A stretch of DNA of 64,000 nt from an uncultured virus (IMG/VR IMGVR_UViG_3300010362_000013) (Duplodnaviria; Heunggongvirae; Uroviricota; Caudoviricetes). How positions within the stretch are numbered: position 1 is the first letter of the stretch; each line of letters opens with the position of its first letter. The position numbers and the translations under genes are program-made. The notes beneath the pieces were generated by a model. It worked only from the letters and a program-made list of their open reading frames with translations. It did not search any database and was not told where the DNA came from. The stretch lies in the IMG/VR virus record IMGVR_UViG_3300010362_000013. One strand, given 5' to 3'. Positions 28,601 through 37,365 of this stretch are shown piece after piece.

Positions 28601-29252
28601 CAAAGCCAAGAATGCTGACGATGATCTCGAAGCGTTGGTTGAGGATGCGATCAACGATCTTACTTGTCCGCATCACCCTGACGCAGAGCCGGAAGTCGTC
28701 AAGCGACTTGATGATACATACACAGTGGCGCGCTGGTTCAAGGAACATCCCAACGGCGATGATCCGAAGGTCGTCAGAAAGCCGACCGCGCTTCAGTTGA
28801 ATGATATGGAGTTGGATGCGCTCAATGTGTCGTTGACGCAGAGCAAGTTCCTCCAACAGTATAAGCCGTTTCTTGACAGGCGTATTTACACGGAAAACGA
28901 GATCCAAAATCTGCCCAAGCATCCAAAGCGCAATGGCCGTCAGCACGGTAATTGGTGCGCTTGTGAGCGCTGCAAGCTGTCCCGTTGCGTGATTGGTGGC
29001 GAGATTACCAACACCAAGGTAATCTTGACCAAGGCGAAGGACAAGATGGCTTTCATTGATGTGGCGTATGAGGCTAATCAGTACTCCTGCACCATGTTTC
29101 CGAAGATCTACTCCGAGTACGAAGAACTGTTGACAACATCAGCACTATTTCTGATCGCTGGCTACAAGGACGACCGCAACCAGATCGTCGTCACTGATAT
29201 GGCTGACGTGTTTGAGGTCGCTGCCGATCAGGGGTGGAGAGATAATGAGTGA
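25650..29252 (+). CDS. dnaE: DNA polymerase III alpha subunit with intact PHP domain
   Basis: HFHCHDEYSPLDG, GRGSAAG, LLFERF.NPDR..PDIDIDF, RHAGG, KWDILG, GYGFNRSH, C-terminal OB fold. Confidence 0.96.
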   Translation: MTEFAGHFHCHDEYSPLDGTGTRNQLSHQAVRKGQTHLGFTNHGRLGGALEHVYACRHPEKLDNPLDPGSKRGADERLNPILGIEAFWRPDRFMECDHTWANHLCLHAASLRGWRTLMRLSSKSWVKRERGGGFYGKAVIDLDMLEDDHEDLIVSTACLASPLSQLILKGDEDGAINWIYDMKDLVGDRLWLEIMPHDLDEQRTVNIALANLGEITSTPLMVTGDVHTPYKKWARTHEVVRMASYKQTFSKRETKKDAGEDVYTERINTVHLSSGKELLGWFREYHPDLPEYVVKEALANTKEFAHQIHWYAIGKTSKPPKVEIDAAAQVGEWMDDGWHQLLINYPDSHWKQWPQEDYIERMQYEFGVLEEKGVLDYFYITGDFVRWAKSNLPLPERMPDGALYFPPNESKKPIRVGLGRGSAAGCLISYLIGITSIDPIPHKLLFERFMNPDREGYPDIDIDFASDGRDLVKEYLRVKYGKDHVSDIIAYQTWAPRVTIKEVGVVYDIEFGRLNRITESIGDTERGLEKIAADNELVHELKRDFPDAWQDMTRLEGQILRDTRHAGGVVITPRPTNDYIPTQTGSDEETIVTAWSDRIEFPIMSNYGFLKWDILGVTSLDKQQMAVDLIEQHYGERIEPNELSCLRDPYDVNGKVMDAFIKGITLGVFQFSGRGITQFLRHVRPDNTVEIAACNALYRPGAIKYAFEYGDRKKDRSKITYPHEALEPVLSETLGLIAFQEQVMEICKVLGKFTGAQADFMRKAISKLYRLGKEEAQREMAPFYDQFIQGCRDQGVKQRDGDQVWAYILEWGGYGFNRSHSDSYGLQAYQDMDLKVNWPLAFYASLLTTEHKAKKKERQDFYKNVLREARYFDVEPAGPDVNRSATNWGIDDGRLRYGLISISGMGRGLVEQVVNNRPYEGYTDFVAAVGTGFGADKLEALARAGAFDATDDRRYLLSQTPQWADNVAKIKVKMTCGHLKSRTIKAKNADDDLEALVEDAINDLTCPHHPDAEPEVVKRLDDTYTVARWFKEHPNGDDPKVVRKPTALQLNDMELDALNVSLTQSKFLQQYKPFLDRRIYTENEIQNLPKHPKRNGRQHGNWCACERCKLSRCVIGGEITNTKVILTKAKDKMAFIDVAYEANQYSCTMFPKIYSEYEELLTTSALFLIAGYKDDRNQIVVTDMADVFEVAADQGWRDNE

Positions 29253-29481
29253 TGACACCATCATAGGACCGGCTGTGATATGTCCCTCTGGCTGTGAACT
29301 GCCTAGGGGGATGATTGTGACTCCGGTGCCGACGCCTCGGCATGCGTGGTCGGATGTGATCGTGTGCCCCAACGAGGGCTGTGGACGAGCGTGGATTGTC
29401 GTTCAGCGCCCGGAGGAGTATCGCCCCGTTTCTGTCGATCTAAGTGGCTTGAGAGGAAAGAGCGATGCCGGTCGATCCTGA
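29245..29481 (+). CDS. Zinc-binding small protein
   Basis: CPSGC...CPNEGCG; SD GGAG before ATG 29245. Confidence 0.55.
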   Translation: MSDDTIIGPAVICPSGCELPRGMIVTPVPTPRHAWSDVIVCPNEGCGRAWIVVQRPEEYRPVSVDLSGLRGKSDAGRS

Positions 29482-30676
29482 GAATCGCCGTAAGTATCTA
29501 CAGTGGGTCGTTGAGCGCGGAACCGGCTCGCGTATTTATGATCCCCAGGACGGTCCGATCCGTGTTCCGTTTGTGTCACCGTTGCTGACATGGGCGGCAA
29601 CAGGCGGGATGCCGGTGGGTCATATCGGGCGCTGGTACGGCCCCGAAGGCAGCGGCAAGAGCCTTGTCAATTGGGGCTTGAGCTACTGCGCCCAGAACTA
29701 TCCGGCTGTCATGAGTGAGTACTACGAACTTGAGATCAAGTTCTGGGAGGCAAAGCGCCTGCGCCTCAAGGCGACCAGAGCCAAGCGTCAACTCAAGAAC
29801 GTGCTCAAGCGCTTCCCCGATGGCATGAGTGTTCTGCTGTTTGATACCGAGCAGCGCGCGGAACCTGAGTTCGCAGCCAAGCTCGGTGTCAATATGCATA
29901 AGGATCACTGCCTCATCATCGAGGAGAACATCATCGAAGAGATCGTTGAGGAAATGATCGGCGCGCTCGATGCCTATCACCTCATCATTATTGATAGTGC
30001 CTCGAATGCGCAGTCCTACGCGGAGGCCAATCTTGAACCCGGTGAGTACGAGCGTGGTACCGCAGCAGCGGCATGGAAGCGTCTGCGTAAGGTTCGCAAA
30101 CGTCTTGATCGCGACGAGAACACCATCATCATTGTCGATCAGGTGCGCTCCCAGGGCCTCGGCGGCAAGGTCTACGGCCCCGAGACGGCTCCACCCAATA
30201 TCCGCTTCTTGCGTCACAATGCCAGCATTGCGATCAACTTCGCGCCTGGCAAGAGGCTTTATCTCAACAACGATCGCCAGCTTGTTGATGACTACAAGAA
30301 GGCTAGCAACGATTTTATGGCACTCGGTAGCGACGGCAAGGAAGTCGCTGGTATTGAAATGCGCTGTAAGATCGATAAGAACAGCACCGGTAAGCCTTTC
30401 AGGAATGCTGTCGGTCGCTTTGCTTTCGAGGTGATGGACGCGCGGACTGGTGAATTGGTGCAGGATATGGGCTTCGATCAGGGCTTCGAGCTACTGACAA
30501 TCGCGGAGTACTTCCACATCATCGAGAGCGCGGGCGGCGGTATGTTCTATACGCTCGATGAGAAGTTCAAGCGTACGACGCAGAAGTGGAAGGGCGAATG
30601 GCGAGCCATCAATGGTATTGTCGAAGATGACGAGTTGACATTTAGGATAATGTCGCGGCTGAGGATGGCTACCTGA
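29465..30676 (+). CDS. recA: RecA/UvsX-like recombinase
   Basis: GG.PVG.I...YGPEGSGKS, FDTEQ, IIIDS, DQVR, KN motifs; insertion after Walker A. Confidence 0.9.
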   Translation: MPVDPENRRKYLQWVVERGTGSRIYDPQDGPIRVPFVSPLLTWAATGGMPVGHIGRWYGPEGSGKSLVNWGLSYCAQNYPAVMSEYYELEIKFWEAKRLRLKATRAKRQLKNVLKRFPDGMSVLLFDTEQRAEPEFAAKLGVNMHKDHCLIIEENIIEEIVEEMIGALDAYHLIIIDSASNAQSYAEANLEPGEYERGTAAAAWKRLRKVRKRLDRDENTIIIVDQVRSQGLGGKVYGPETAPPNIRFLRHNASIAINFAPGKRLYLNNDRQLVDDYKKASNDFMALGSDGKEVAGIEMRCKIDKNSTGKPFRNAVGRFAFEVMDARTGELVQDMGFDQGFELLTIAEYFHIIESAGGGMFYTLDEKFKRTTQKWKGEWRAINGIVEDDELTFRIMSRLRMAT

Positions 30677-31017
30677 TGGGGATAAAGTGGAACAAACCCG
30701 CGCGCACAGCAACGGCAGAGCGATCTACGACGCCGAAAGCCAAGGCATCTTCTATCCAGCGCCCGAAGAGCATCAAGGCGTTGAGAGCGGCGAAGTCGAA
30801 ATCGGCTCCTTCCGTAGCTTTGCCTGGCTGGTTGCGTGTGGGTTCGCGAGCGAAGCTTATCTGGCACTACGACGTGGCCTACGGTTCCGGCACCGCATCT
30901 TTCGTCGGCATCGTAACCAATCTTGACAATGGTTGGATCAGGGCCGAGAGCGACGATCATGTGATTTGTCGTCTGCCGCAGAAGATCGTGACGGTTACCC
31001 GTGTCAGTTCACGTTGA
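30676..31017 (+). CDS. Hypothetical protein (basic N-terminus, SH3-like C-terminus)
   Basis: Coupled ORF, 113 aa. Confidence 0.55.
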   Translation: MGIKWNKPARTATAERSTTPKAKASSIQRPKSIKALRAAKSKSAPSVALPGWLRVGSRAKLIWHYDVAYGSGTASFVGIVTNLDNGWIRAESDDHVICRLPQKIVTVTRVSSR

Positions 31018-31198
31018 CAAGATTCCGTTCCCGGCCACGCCCGAGGAAATGTACGAGCTACTGTGTCTTGAGGAATGGATCAAACGCGAAGGCGGACTCA
31101 CGGATCAAGGCGTGAAGGGCTATATACTCGTCAAGAGTGGTTACGTGCTCATCGATGTGTCCCGAGTGGAGGTGTATGATGGGGCTATCGCGGGGTGA
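31001..31198 (+). CDS. Hypothetical protein
   Basis: 65 aa; its 3' end carries the SD and first codons of the next gene. Confidence 0.5.
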   Translation: MSVHVDKIPFPATPEEMYELLCLEEWIKREGGLTDQGVKGYILVKSGYVLIDVSRVEVYDGAIAG

Positions 31199-31727
31199 GG
31201 AGCGAGCGGCGTGGTACTTGGCTGGCATCTTCGACGGCGAGGGCTGCGTGAGCTATACCCAGGGTAAACGTGGGTTGATTCAGAAGGTGGTTGAAATCAG
31301 TAATACTGATAGGTCGATCATCGACACTGTTGTTGCTGCTCTGGATGAACTTGAGATCTTGTACAACTTGCGTGGCCCGATCCATCTGCGCGAAGAACGT
31401 TGGACACCGTATTACTCAATACGGTTGTCAAACTATGATGCAATCGCCAAGTTCGCTCGCCTTGTGCCGTTTCAGAGCGATAGCAAGCGCGAGAAAATCG
31501 AGCATATTGTCAACTCTCGTTACGTTATGAGTCGAGAGGATTGGCCTGTTGACGAGATCGAGCGCTTGTATTGGGAAGAGAATATGAGTTGTCGAGATAT
31601 AGCATCGGTGCTTGGCATAGGCGACAGCAATGGACACAAGCGCGTGATCTACTATATGGAACAAGTCGGCATTCCTCGTCGTTCAAAGAGTGAAGCCGCC
31701 AAGGGGAGGTGGTCCTCGTCGGATTGA
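31176..31727 (+). mobile_element. LAGLIDADG homing endonuclease with C-terminal HTH, inserted at the 5' end of the exonuclease gene
   Basis: SD GGAGGTG, MMGLSRGE-ERAAWYLAGIFDGEGCV...EISNTD...; EIERLYWEENMS.RDIA...GIPRRSKSEA. Confidence 0.88.
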
Positions 31728-32830
31728 GCAGAGGGGAATTTTTTAGTCGCATCGGGTTGTTACGCGAGATCGACCCACTTACGTCGGCTGCTTATCGCTT
31801 TTCAGAAAAGCTCGAAGCTGAGAAGCCGCACAAGGGTGCGCAGGCGAGCGCACCGTGGCATGTGAGCTTCCACGGTTCACAGTTCCCTGGCGATGATCCA
31901 AAGGCGTGCGGCAGGCGCGCTATTTACACCATGCTTGACTTGCCGCGTGGTGGTTTTTCGCGTCAGTCGCGTCAGTTCATGGATGCGGGCAAGGATCTTG
32001 AGGTACAGCTAGTGCGGCGCTGGCATCAGGCAGGAATGCTGTTGTCATCCGCGCCCGATAATCCACATCAAACTGAGTTCGCGGACCCGGAGGTGTGGCT
32101 CACCTCTACTGTTGACGCAATTATTGCCAGCCCGCGTAGCTTGCGCCCGTTTGTAGGCGAGGTCAAAAACATCGCGGCAGACACGCTTGATCGGATGGTG
32201 CGCCTACTGCGTGGCCCGCATGAGGAATACGTGCGGCAGGTCAAGTGCGAGATCGGGTTGGCGCATGAGTATGGCCCCTGGACGGTTCTGCGCTGTGTCA
32301 ATAGTGGGCGCATTGCTTTGAGCGCGGGCAGACGCAATGGGAGAGGTACTGGGGCTGGTTACGTGGTTACGCTTTGCCCTGAGCATGGCGGTGATAAGTG
32401 TCTTGAGGAAGTTACGCTCAGGCCCGTGGAGCACGGGTACCTGTACTATGTGTCGCGCGACAATCCGCTTGACACTCGCGAGTACTACTACGAGCACGAT
32501 CCGGCATTCATGGATGCGGGGCGTAAGCAGTTGCGCGTGTGGCGCAAGTTCTTCGAGGAAGGCGTGCTGCCTGCGACGCAGGTGACGGGCAAGCATCCGT
32601 TCGGCTGGAACTGGACCACGGATGACTCGCCGTGCAAGTTCTGCCCGTATGGCCCGACTGGCAGCTATGTTTGCAAGGAAGACCACGCCGAGAGTGTCAA
32701 GCGTGGCGACCTGCTACCGCTGGCCGATAGTCAGGCGATCGAGGATGCGAGGCAGGTCCGACCGGACTATGATCTCGGCCTGGTCCGAGCAGCAGTGTTC
32801 GCTCGCTGGAACGGCGCTGACGGCGAATAG
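31724..32830 (+). CDS. Cas4-like / PD-(D/E)xK exonuclease (start TTG 31724 or GTG 31709)
   Basis: ACGR..Y, G...E, STVDAII...VGEVK, Q...Y, YLYYVSRD, W....PCKFCPY....C (Fe-S type Cys pattern); TTGA overlap with the endonuclease stop. Confidence 0.8.
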   Translation: MSRGEFFSRIGLLREIDPLTSAAYRFSEKLEAEKPHKGAQASAPWHVSFHGSQFPGDDPKACGRRAIYTMLDLPRGGFSRQSRQFMDAGKDLEVQLVRRWHQAGMLLSSAPDNPHQTEFADPEVWLTSTVDAIIASPRSLRPFVGEVKNIAADTLDRMVRLLRGPHEEYVRQVKCEIGLAHEYGPWTVLRCVNSGRIALSAGRRNGRGTGAGYVVTLCPEHGGDKCLEEVTLRPVEHGYLYYVSRDNPLDTREYYYEHDPAFMDAGRKQLRVWRKFFEEGVLPATQVTGKHPFGWNWTTDDSPCKFCPYGPTGSYVCKEDHAESVKRGDLLPLADSQAIEDARQVRPDYDLGLVRAAVFARWNGADGE

Positions 32831-32926
32831 CCCCCGTAGGGGGCTTCATCTAGGCTTGATCCCAGCGGCGAGAAGCTGCTATGGTGTCCGGCGACAACAC
32901 CCGACGAGCCGACAGGAGGCTTAGCT

Positions 32927-33925
32927 GTGCCGCAGTTGGAAGAATTGAAGCTGGACGATGAGCACGCCAAGGCGATCATCGATCTCGGTATCGAGTACGA
33001 GGCGTACGATTCAGACGCCCCGGAGACGAAGAAGGAGCGGCTTGCTGCCGCGAACGAGATCATCGCGTTCTGCATTGATGCCGTCATCACTGACGACATG
33101 ACGCCGGACAGCGATGACCCGGAGACAGCAGAGTCCGGCGTCAAGATCGCTGAGATCCTTGCCCTTGCAGGCGTGGAGATTGACGAAGACGACAATGTTG
33201 AGTTCGGTGAGCTTCCCGATCTCGACGCAGAGGCGGACGAGGACGAAGAAGACGAAGACGAAGAGGACGAGGAAGACGAAGACGAGGCTCCGTTCGACCC
33301 GGACGACTACATCGACGGCTACACGGAAATGCGTGTGTCCGAGAAGGTGAAGGCGATCGGGGAAGCGCTCGACCCGGATGACGACGACGACGTTGCCACC
33401 CTTGAGGCGCTTGCCGAATGGGAGAACGAGCAGGACAAGCCTTCGTCGCGAGTGCTGAACACCATTGAGGAAATGCTCGGCGAGGAGGAGGACGAGGACG
33501 AGGCCGACGACAATGGTGACGACGAGGAGCCGGAGGCTGAGGCCGACGAGGACGAGCCTGCCGACGAGGAGCCGTGGGAGGGCTACGACAAGTCGTCAGC
33601 AGTGGAGATCAAGAAGATCCTGAGTGAGCAGCTTGAGGACGAGGACGAGCCGCTGACCGCCGAGCAGGTCGAATACGTGCTCGACTACGAGCGCAATCGC
33701 GAGAAGCCGCCGCCCCGCAAGCGCGTCATCACTTTCTGCGAAGATCTCCTCAAGGGCTTCGAGGAGGAGGCCGAAGAGGAGAAGCCGAAGAAGAGCGGCG
33801 GACTCAAGGCGCAGCGCGACAAGAAGCGCGACGAGGCCCCCGCTGCCAGCAATGGCGTCATCGTTCTGACCCGCGAGCAGATCCTTACCGCGCTCGATTC
33901 GGGCGAGGTCACGATCGAACTCTGA
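32927..33925 (+). CDS. Highly acidic protein with two repeated helical domains
   Basis: Asp/Glu tracts; two GY..xx.E...L....E.....R.RV repeats; own promoter TTGATC-18-TATGGT and SD AGGAGG. Confidence 0.7.
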   Translation: MPQLEELKLDDEHAKAIIDLGIEYEAYDSDAPETKKERLAAANEIIAFCIDAVITDDMTPDSDDPETAESGVKIAEILALAGVEIDEDDNVEFGELPDLDAEADEDEEDEDEEDEEDEDEAPFDPDDYIDGYTEMRVSEKVKAIGEALDPDDDDDVATLEALAEWENEQDKPSSRVLNTIEEMLGEEEDEDEADDNGDDEEPEAEADEDEPADEEPWEGYDKSSAVEIKKILSEQLEDEDEPLTAEQVEYVLDYERNREKPPPRKRVITFCEDLLKGFEEEAEEEKPKKSGGLKAQRDKKRDEAPAASNGVIVLTREQILTALDSGEVTIEL

Positions 33926-34605
33926 TGCCTGGCATTCGTGAGGCGGCTGCAAAGCGCAGGGGTGTAAAAACCCCTGCGTCGCGCAGGCGTCGTACCAAAC
34001 AGGCTGACTACGCGCTCTATACGGACAATGATCTGCGCGAGCTTGTGCCTGCGGGCATTGCAGCGTCGTTCGTGAAATCCAAGCTTCACGACAAGGCTCT
34101 TGGCATTGCGGGTCTGGGCGAGCCGAATGGCTTTGAGGGCAACATCCCTGATATCCCGCATGACATCGGTACAATCGACCATGAGCAGATGAGCAATCTG
34201 CTTGGTGACTTTGCCAATGCGCTTTCGACCGCGCTATGGCAGGCGAGTCGAGCATACATCGAGGCTGATGCCTATGGCGAGATCGCGGAGTATCTTGAGG
34301 ATCGTGCCATGCTTGACGCCAACGAATCCAACGAGGCTAAGCGCAAGGCTCAGGCTCGTACGGATGAGCGTGTGGTGGCAGCGAAGGCCCTAGAACGGAC
34401 GGCGTATCACAACTACGTCCGCTTCCGCGACCTTGCCAAGACTATTGAGCACAAGTGGCGTACGGTCAGTCGTGTAGGCGGTTTCGTGGGCGACGAAGCC
34501 GATGCTGAGGTGGCGGGTGCGATCAAGCGCTCGACGCGAGGCAAGGCTGCTGGTACGGCCAGAGGAACAGCCAAGGGCAGCGGGCGAGCGCAAAGCTCTA
34601 AGTAA
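33925..34605 (+). CDS. Helical protein, possible UvsY-like recombination mediator
   Basis: Long helices (EAKRKAQARTDERVVAAK...); recombination gene context. Function inferred only. Confidence 0.4.
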   Translation: MPGIREAAAKRRGVKTPASRRRRTKQADYALYTDNDLRELVPAGIAASFVKSKLHDKALGIAGLGEPNGFEGNIPDIPHDIGTIDHEQMSNLLGDFANALSTALWQASRAYIEADAYGEIAEYLEDRAMLDANESNEAKRKAQARTDERVVAAKALERTAYHNYVRFRDLAKTIEHKWRTVSRVGGFVGDEADAEVAGAIKRSTRGKAAGTARGTAKGSGRAQSSK

Positions 34606-34781
34606 TGCCTATTGACAAGCGTGACACGGAGCGGTCAGAGAGCCGCTCCGTTTCGCTTTCTAGGATTGGTTGGGGAATTCTTTTTGCGTTTGTCTGCATC
34701 ATCTGGTTCTCGTTCCTCGGTGGCGTGCTCGTTCACTTCATCGTTGAGTTCTTTCAGAAGGGGTGGAATCTTGTCGGATAA
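34605..34781 (+). CDS. Small membrane protein (58 aa)
   Basis: TAATG overlap; IGWGILFAFVCIIWFSFLGGVLVHFIV TM segment. Confidence 0.6.
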   Translation: MPIDKRDTERSESRSVSLSRIGWGILFAFVCIIWFSFLGGVLVHFIVEFFQKGWNLVG

Positions 34782-35097
34782 CGATCCGGTGTTTCAGGAG
34801 TTTGCGCAGCGGGCGTTGAAGGAAATGCTGCCCAAGGTGCTCGGTTCAGCAATTTTCGTCAGCATTGCTCCGCGCGATAAAGGCGTTGGCGATGTCAAAT
34901 ACTGGTGTGAGCTTGGTGCTGGCATCATGCACGACAAGCCCATCATTGTCGTCAAGAATCCAGGCGATCAGATTCCTGAGCGTCTACGGCGCGTTGCTGA
35001 TTATGTCATTGATGCTGACATTGGTACCGAAGCTGGTCGTGAGCATCTAGGCGAGCAGATCGCGGTGATCGTGACAGAGGTTGAAGATAATGAGTGA
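34771..35097 (+). CDS. Nucleoside 2-deoxyribosyltransferase/TIR-like small protein
   Basis: AIFVSI...YWCELGAGIMHDKPIIVV...IPERL motif; TTG start. Confidence 0.55.
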   Translation: MSDNDPVFQEFAQRALKEMLPKVLGSAIFVSIAPRDKGVGDVKYWCELGAGIMHDKPIIVVKNPGDQIPERLRRVADYVIDADIGTEAGREHLGEQIAVIVTEVEDNE

Positions 35098-35389
35098 CAT
35101 CACCTATAGCGACTTGAAGCGAGCACGGTCATCGATCATGCGGCAGGCCGGTCGTAAGGCACCGGGGAAGGGCAGCATCGATACGACTTCACCAATGGTC
35201 CGGCTTGGCTTGGAGGTCGTGGAGTTCGATTCAGAGGGCGCGATGAAGTTCGCTCGCGAGATCACTGAGCGCAATCTCCACCGCATCAGTATTGCTAAGG
35301 GTAACTACGGAGTGATGCTGTTCTCGGCTGCGTTGATGAGCGGCTTGGTTTACGGCAGTGCCGCCGAGAGGCGGCGTAAGGGCCTATAA
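35090..35389 (+). CDS. Hypothetical protein
   Basis: Coupled ORF. Confidence 0.5.
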   Translation: MSDITYSDLKRARSSIMRQAGRKAPGKGSIDTTSPMVRLGLEVVEFDSEGAMKFAREITERNLHRISIAKGNYGVMLFSAALMSGLVYGSAAERRRKGL

Positions 35390-35467
35390 GTGGCACCTCG
35401 GCAGCAGATCACGCAGCCGGTCTAAGGGCATTCGTCGCTCAATACCCGCGAAGGCGAGGGAGTAAAC

Positions 35468-35950
35468 ATGCGAGCAGTCGGCATCGATGGAGCGAGTGCG
35501 AACTACGCTGCGATTGCACTTGTCGTCAATGGTGCGCCTTATCGCGCGGCAGTGTGGCAGCCAAAGGACAAACGCGACAGTGCTGCTGAGCGTGTTGAGG
35601 ACTATTACAAATGGCTGCGGCGATGGATTGCTATCTACAAGCCTGATGTCATTGCTGTTGAAGAACTTGCGGTCTTTTTGAATAAGAACACGATCCGTGC
35701 GCTCAGTCGTCATGAGGGCGTTGCGCTGCTCGCAGCCAAGAAATCCGGCGCGATCGTGCTCAACCCTGGCATCAGCAAGGCCCGTGGGATAGTGTTCGGC
35801 AACGGACGACTCTCCAAAGACGACGCATGGGTGGCCTTCAAGAAAATGTATCCCGAACTTGACCTGCGTGGCAAGAATAGTGGCGGCACCGATCAGATGG
35901 ACGGCTATGTTCACGCGCTCGCTGCTCCAACCATTCTCGAACGACGGTGA
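35468..35950 (+). CDS. ruvC: RuvC-like Holliday junction resolvase
   Basis: VGIDG, PD.IAVEE, G.G..SK, TDQMDG. Confidence 0.85.
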   Translation: MRAVGIDGASANYAAIALVVNGAPYRAAVWQPKDKRDSAAERVEDYYKWLRRWIAIYKPDVIAVEELAVFLNKNTIRALSRHEGVALLAAKKSGAIVLNPGISKARGIVFGNGRLSKDDAWVAFKKMYPELDLRGKNSGGTDQMDGYVHALAAPTILERR

Positions 35951-36573
35951 GGTTAGCCGCAGGCCCCAAGCCGAAGTTGTGGCGGGGCTATCGCAATTGC
36001 TCACACTGTACGCGCTGGCGTCCTGTCTCTGATTTTCCGGTGCGCAAGTCGCGTACCAAGTACGACCAGATCCTCGGCATTTGTGAAGCATGCAAGCGGC
36101 GGATCGAGAAGGAACGCTATGACAACCTTAGCGACAATGAGAAGTACGAGAAGGGCAAGCGAGCGAACAAGCAAGCTGTAAAGCGTCGTTACAAGCAGCT
36201 TCATGAGATTGAGAAGTTGCGCAAAGAGATCGCCAAGCAAGACAATAAGCTTGAGAAACAGCATGAGAAGATTCGTGCCTTGCGCAAAGAGATTCCACGC
36301 GGTCGTTGGGTCGGTAGTGGTCTTGACATAGTACCATTTCGCATGTGGTTGCTGCGGATGTACCGTGTTCATGACTATAATCTTGACAATCTCGCCTTTG
36401 ATATCGGTCGTGAGCCGCGTCAAGTGAAGCGGTGGCTTGATGGTTATGAGTGGAATGGCAGCCGTGGCGTGCCGGTTGCGATCCGCTCCATCAATAAGGA
36501 GAACGTCATCAGCATTGGTGACGCGGTAGGCGAGCCACGTCTGCTTGAGGAATTGTATCCAGGCGAAGAGTAA
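35947..36573 (+). CDS. Zinc finger + coiled coil + HTH protein
   Basis: CSHC..W.P.SDF...CEAC; C-terminal LA..IG...RQVKRWL. Confidence 0.6.
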   Translation: MRLAAGPKPKLWRGYRNCSHCTRWRPVSDFPVRKSRTKYDQILGICEACKRRIEKERYDNLSDNEKYEKGKRANKQAVKRRYKQLHEIEKLRKEIAKQDNKLEKQHEKIRALRKEIPRGRWVGSGLDIVPFRMWLLRMYRVHDYNLDNLAFDIGREPRQVKRWLDGYEWNGSRGVPVAIRSINKENVISIGDAVGEPRLLEELYPGEE

Positions 36574-36609
36574 CACTATTGCTTGCGGATTTCTGTAGAA
36601 TCCCCAGCA

Positions 36610-37365
36610 ATGGCTTCCAAGAAGCTCGTCAAGAAAGACGATGATGGCGAGGATTCGGCGCTAAGGGAGCGCCAGATTGCCGCCCTTGCGCGTCTGCATG
36701 AGCTTGGCGGTGCGCCTCACAAAGATGGCGAGCCGTACAACAGCGACCCACAGATCCGGGCGCTACAGATGGTCTACGAGGGTCGCTTTGGCGGTCCAGG
36801 GCTAGGCCAAGGGCGTCCGTCTTCGCGTGGTGAGCCGCGTGCCGCAGAGGTTATTGCCGAGGAGATTCGTACCCGTTTCACAAAACGCATGACACGCGCT
36901 ATCGAGCGAGCGTTGCGGCAAGACGCAGGTGTCAGGGCGAATCTCGATGCAGTCAAGTTGGCTCTCGAAATCGAGAACCGTGAAGCACAGCTACAACTCC
37001 GCGAGAGTCAAGTAGACGACGCATCAGCAACAAAGGAGGAGCTACTTGTCACGCTCTTTGAACTCCTCACCCAGCCCCAAACAGCAGCAGTCCTCGAAAC
37101 GACCGCGATCGATATCACAGAAGCTGAAGTCATCACAGATGACGAATGGGAAGAAGCGGAAGGATCTGCATCCACTGCTGGAACGGATGGGGGTAGAGGA
37201 GATTCCCCCGGCGCTGCGCCGAATGGGAGTCACAGCCGAGGTTCTGGATCGAATGGAGCCGGACGACCTAAGAGGAATCGTCCAGCGAGTCAAAATCCTT
37301 TCACGGAGACTGCGATACGAAGGGCCGCAGAGCGACGACGAACTTCACGCTTGGGTAAAGACTAA
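36610..37365 (+). CDS. Putative terminase small subunit
   Basis: Directly upstream of TerL; FGGPGLGQGRP motif and helices; TAGAAT 8 nt before the ATG. Confidence 0.55.
   Translation: MASKKLVKKDDDGEDSALRERQIAALARLHELGGAPHKDGEPYNSDPQIRALQMVYEGRFGGPGLGQGRPSSRGEPRAAEVIAEEIRTRFTKRMTRAIERALRQDAGVRANLDAVKLALEIENREAQLQLRESQVDDASATKEELLVTLFELLTQPQTAAVLETTAIDITEAEVITDDEWEEAEGSASTAGTDGGRGDSPGAAPNGSHSRGSGSNGAGRPKRNRPASQNPFTETAIRRAAERRRTSRLGKD

Noticed and set aside
25650..29252. Intein in DnaE (or in DnaB, RecA, TerL)
   Set aside because: Lengths are near normal, and no splicing motifs or embedded LAGLIDADG blocks were seen.
31176..31727. Group I intron, intein or ribosomal bypass explaining the endonuclease within the exonuclease start
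   Set aside because: There is no non-coding room for a ribozyme core and no intein C/S...HN ends. The endonuclease has its own stop, and the exonuclease has its own SD and coupled start.
31724..32830. Cas4-like gene as sign of a CRISPR-Cas system
   Set aside because: No repeat-spacer array or other cas genes are visible. Solo Cas4-like exonucleases are common in phage recombination modules.
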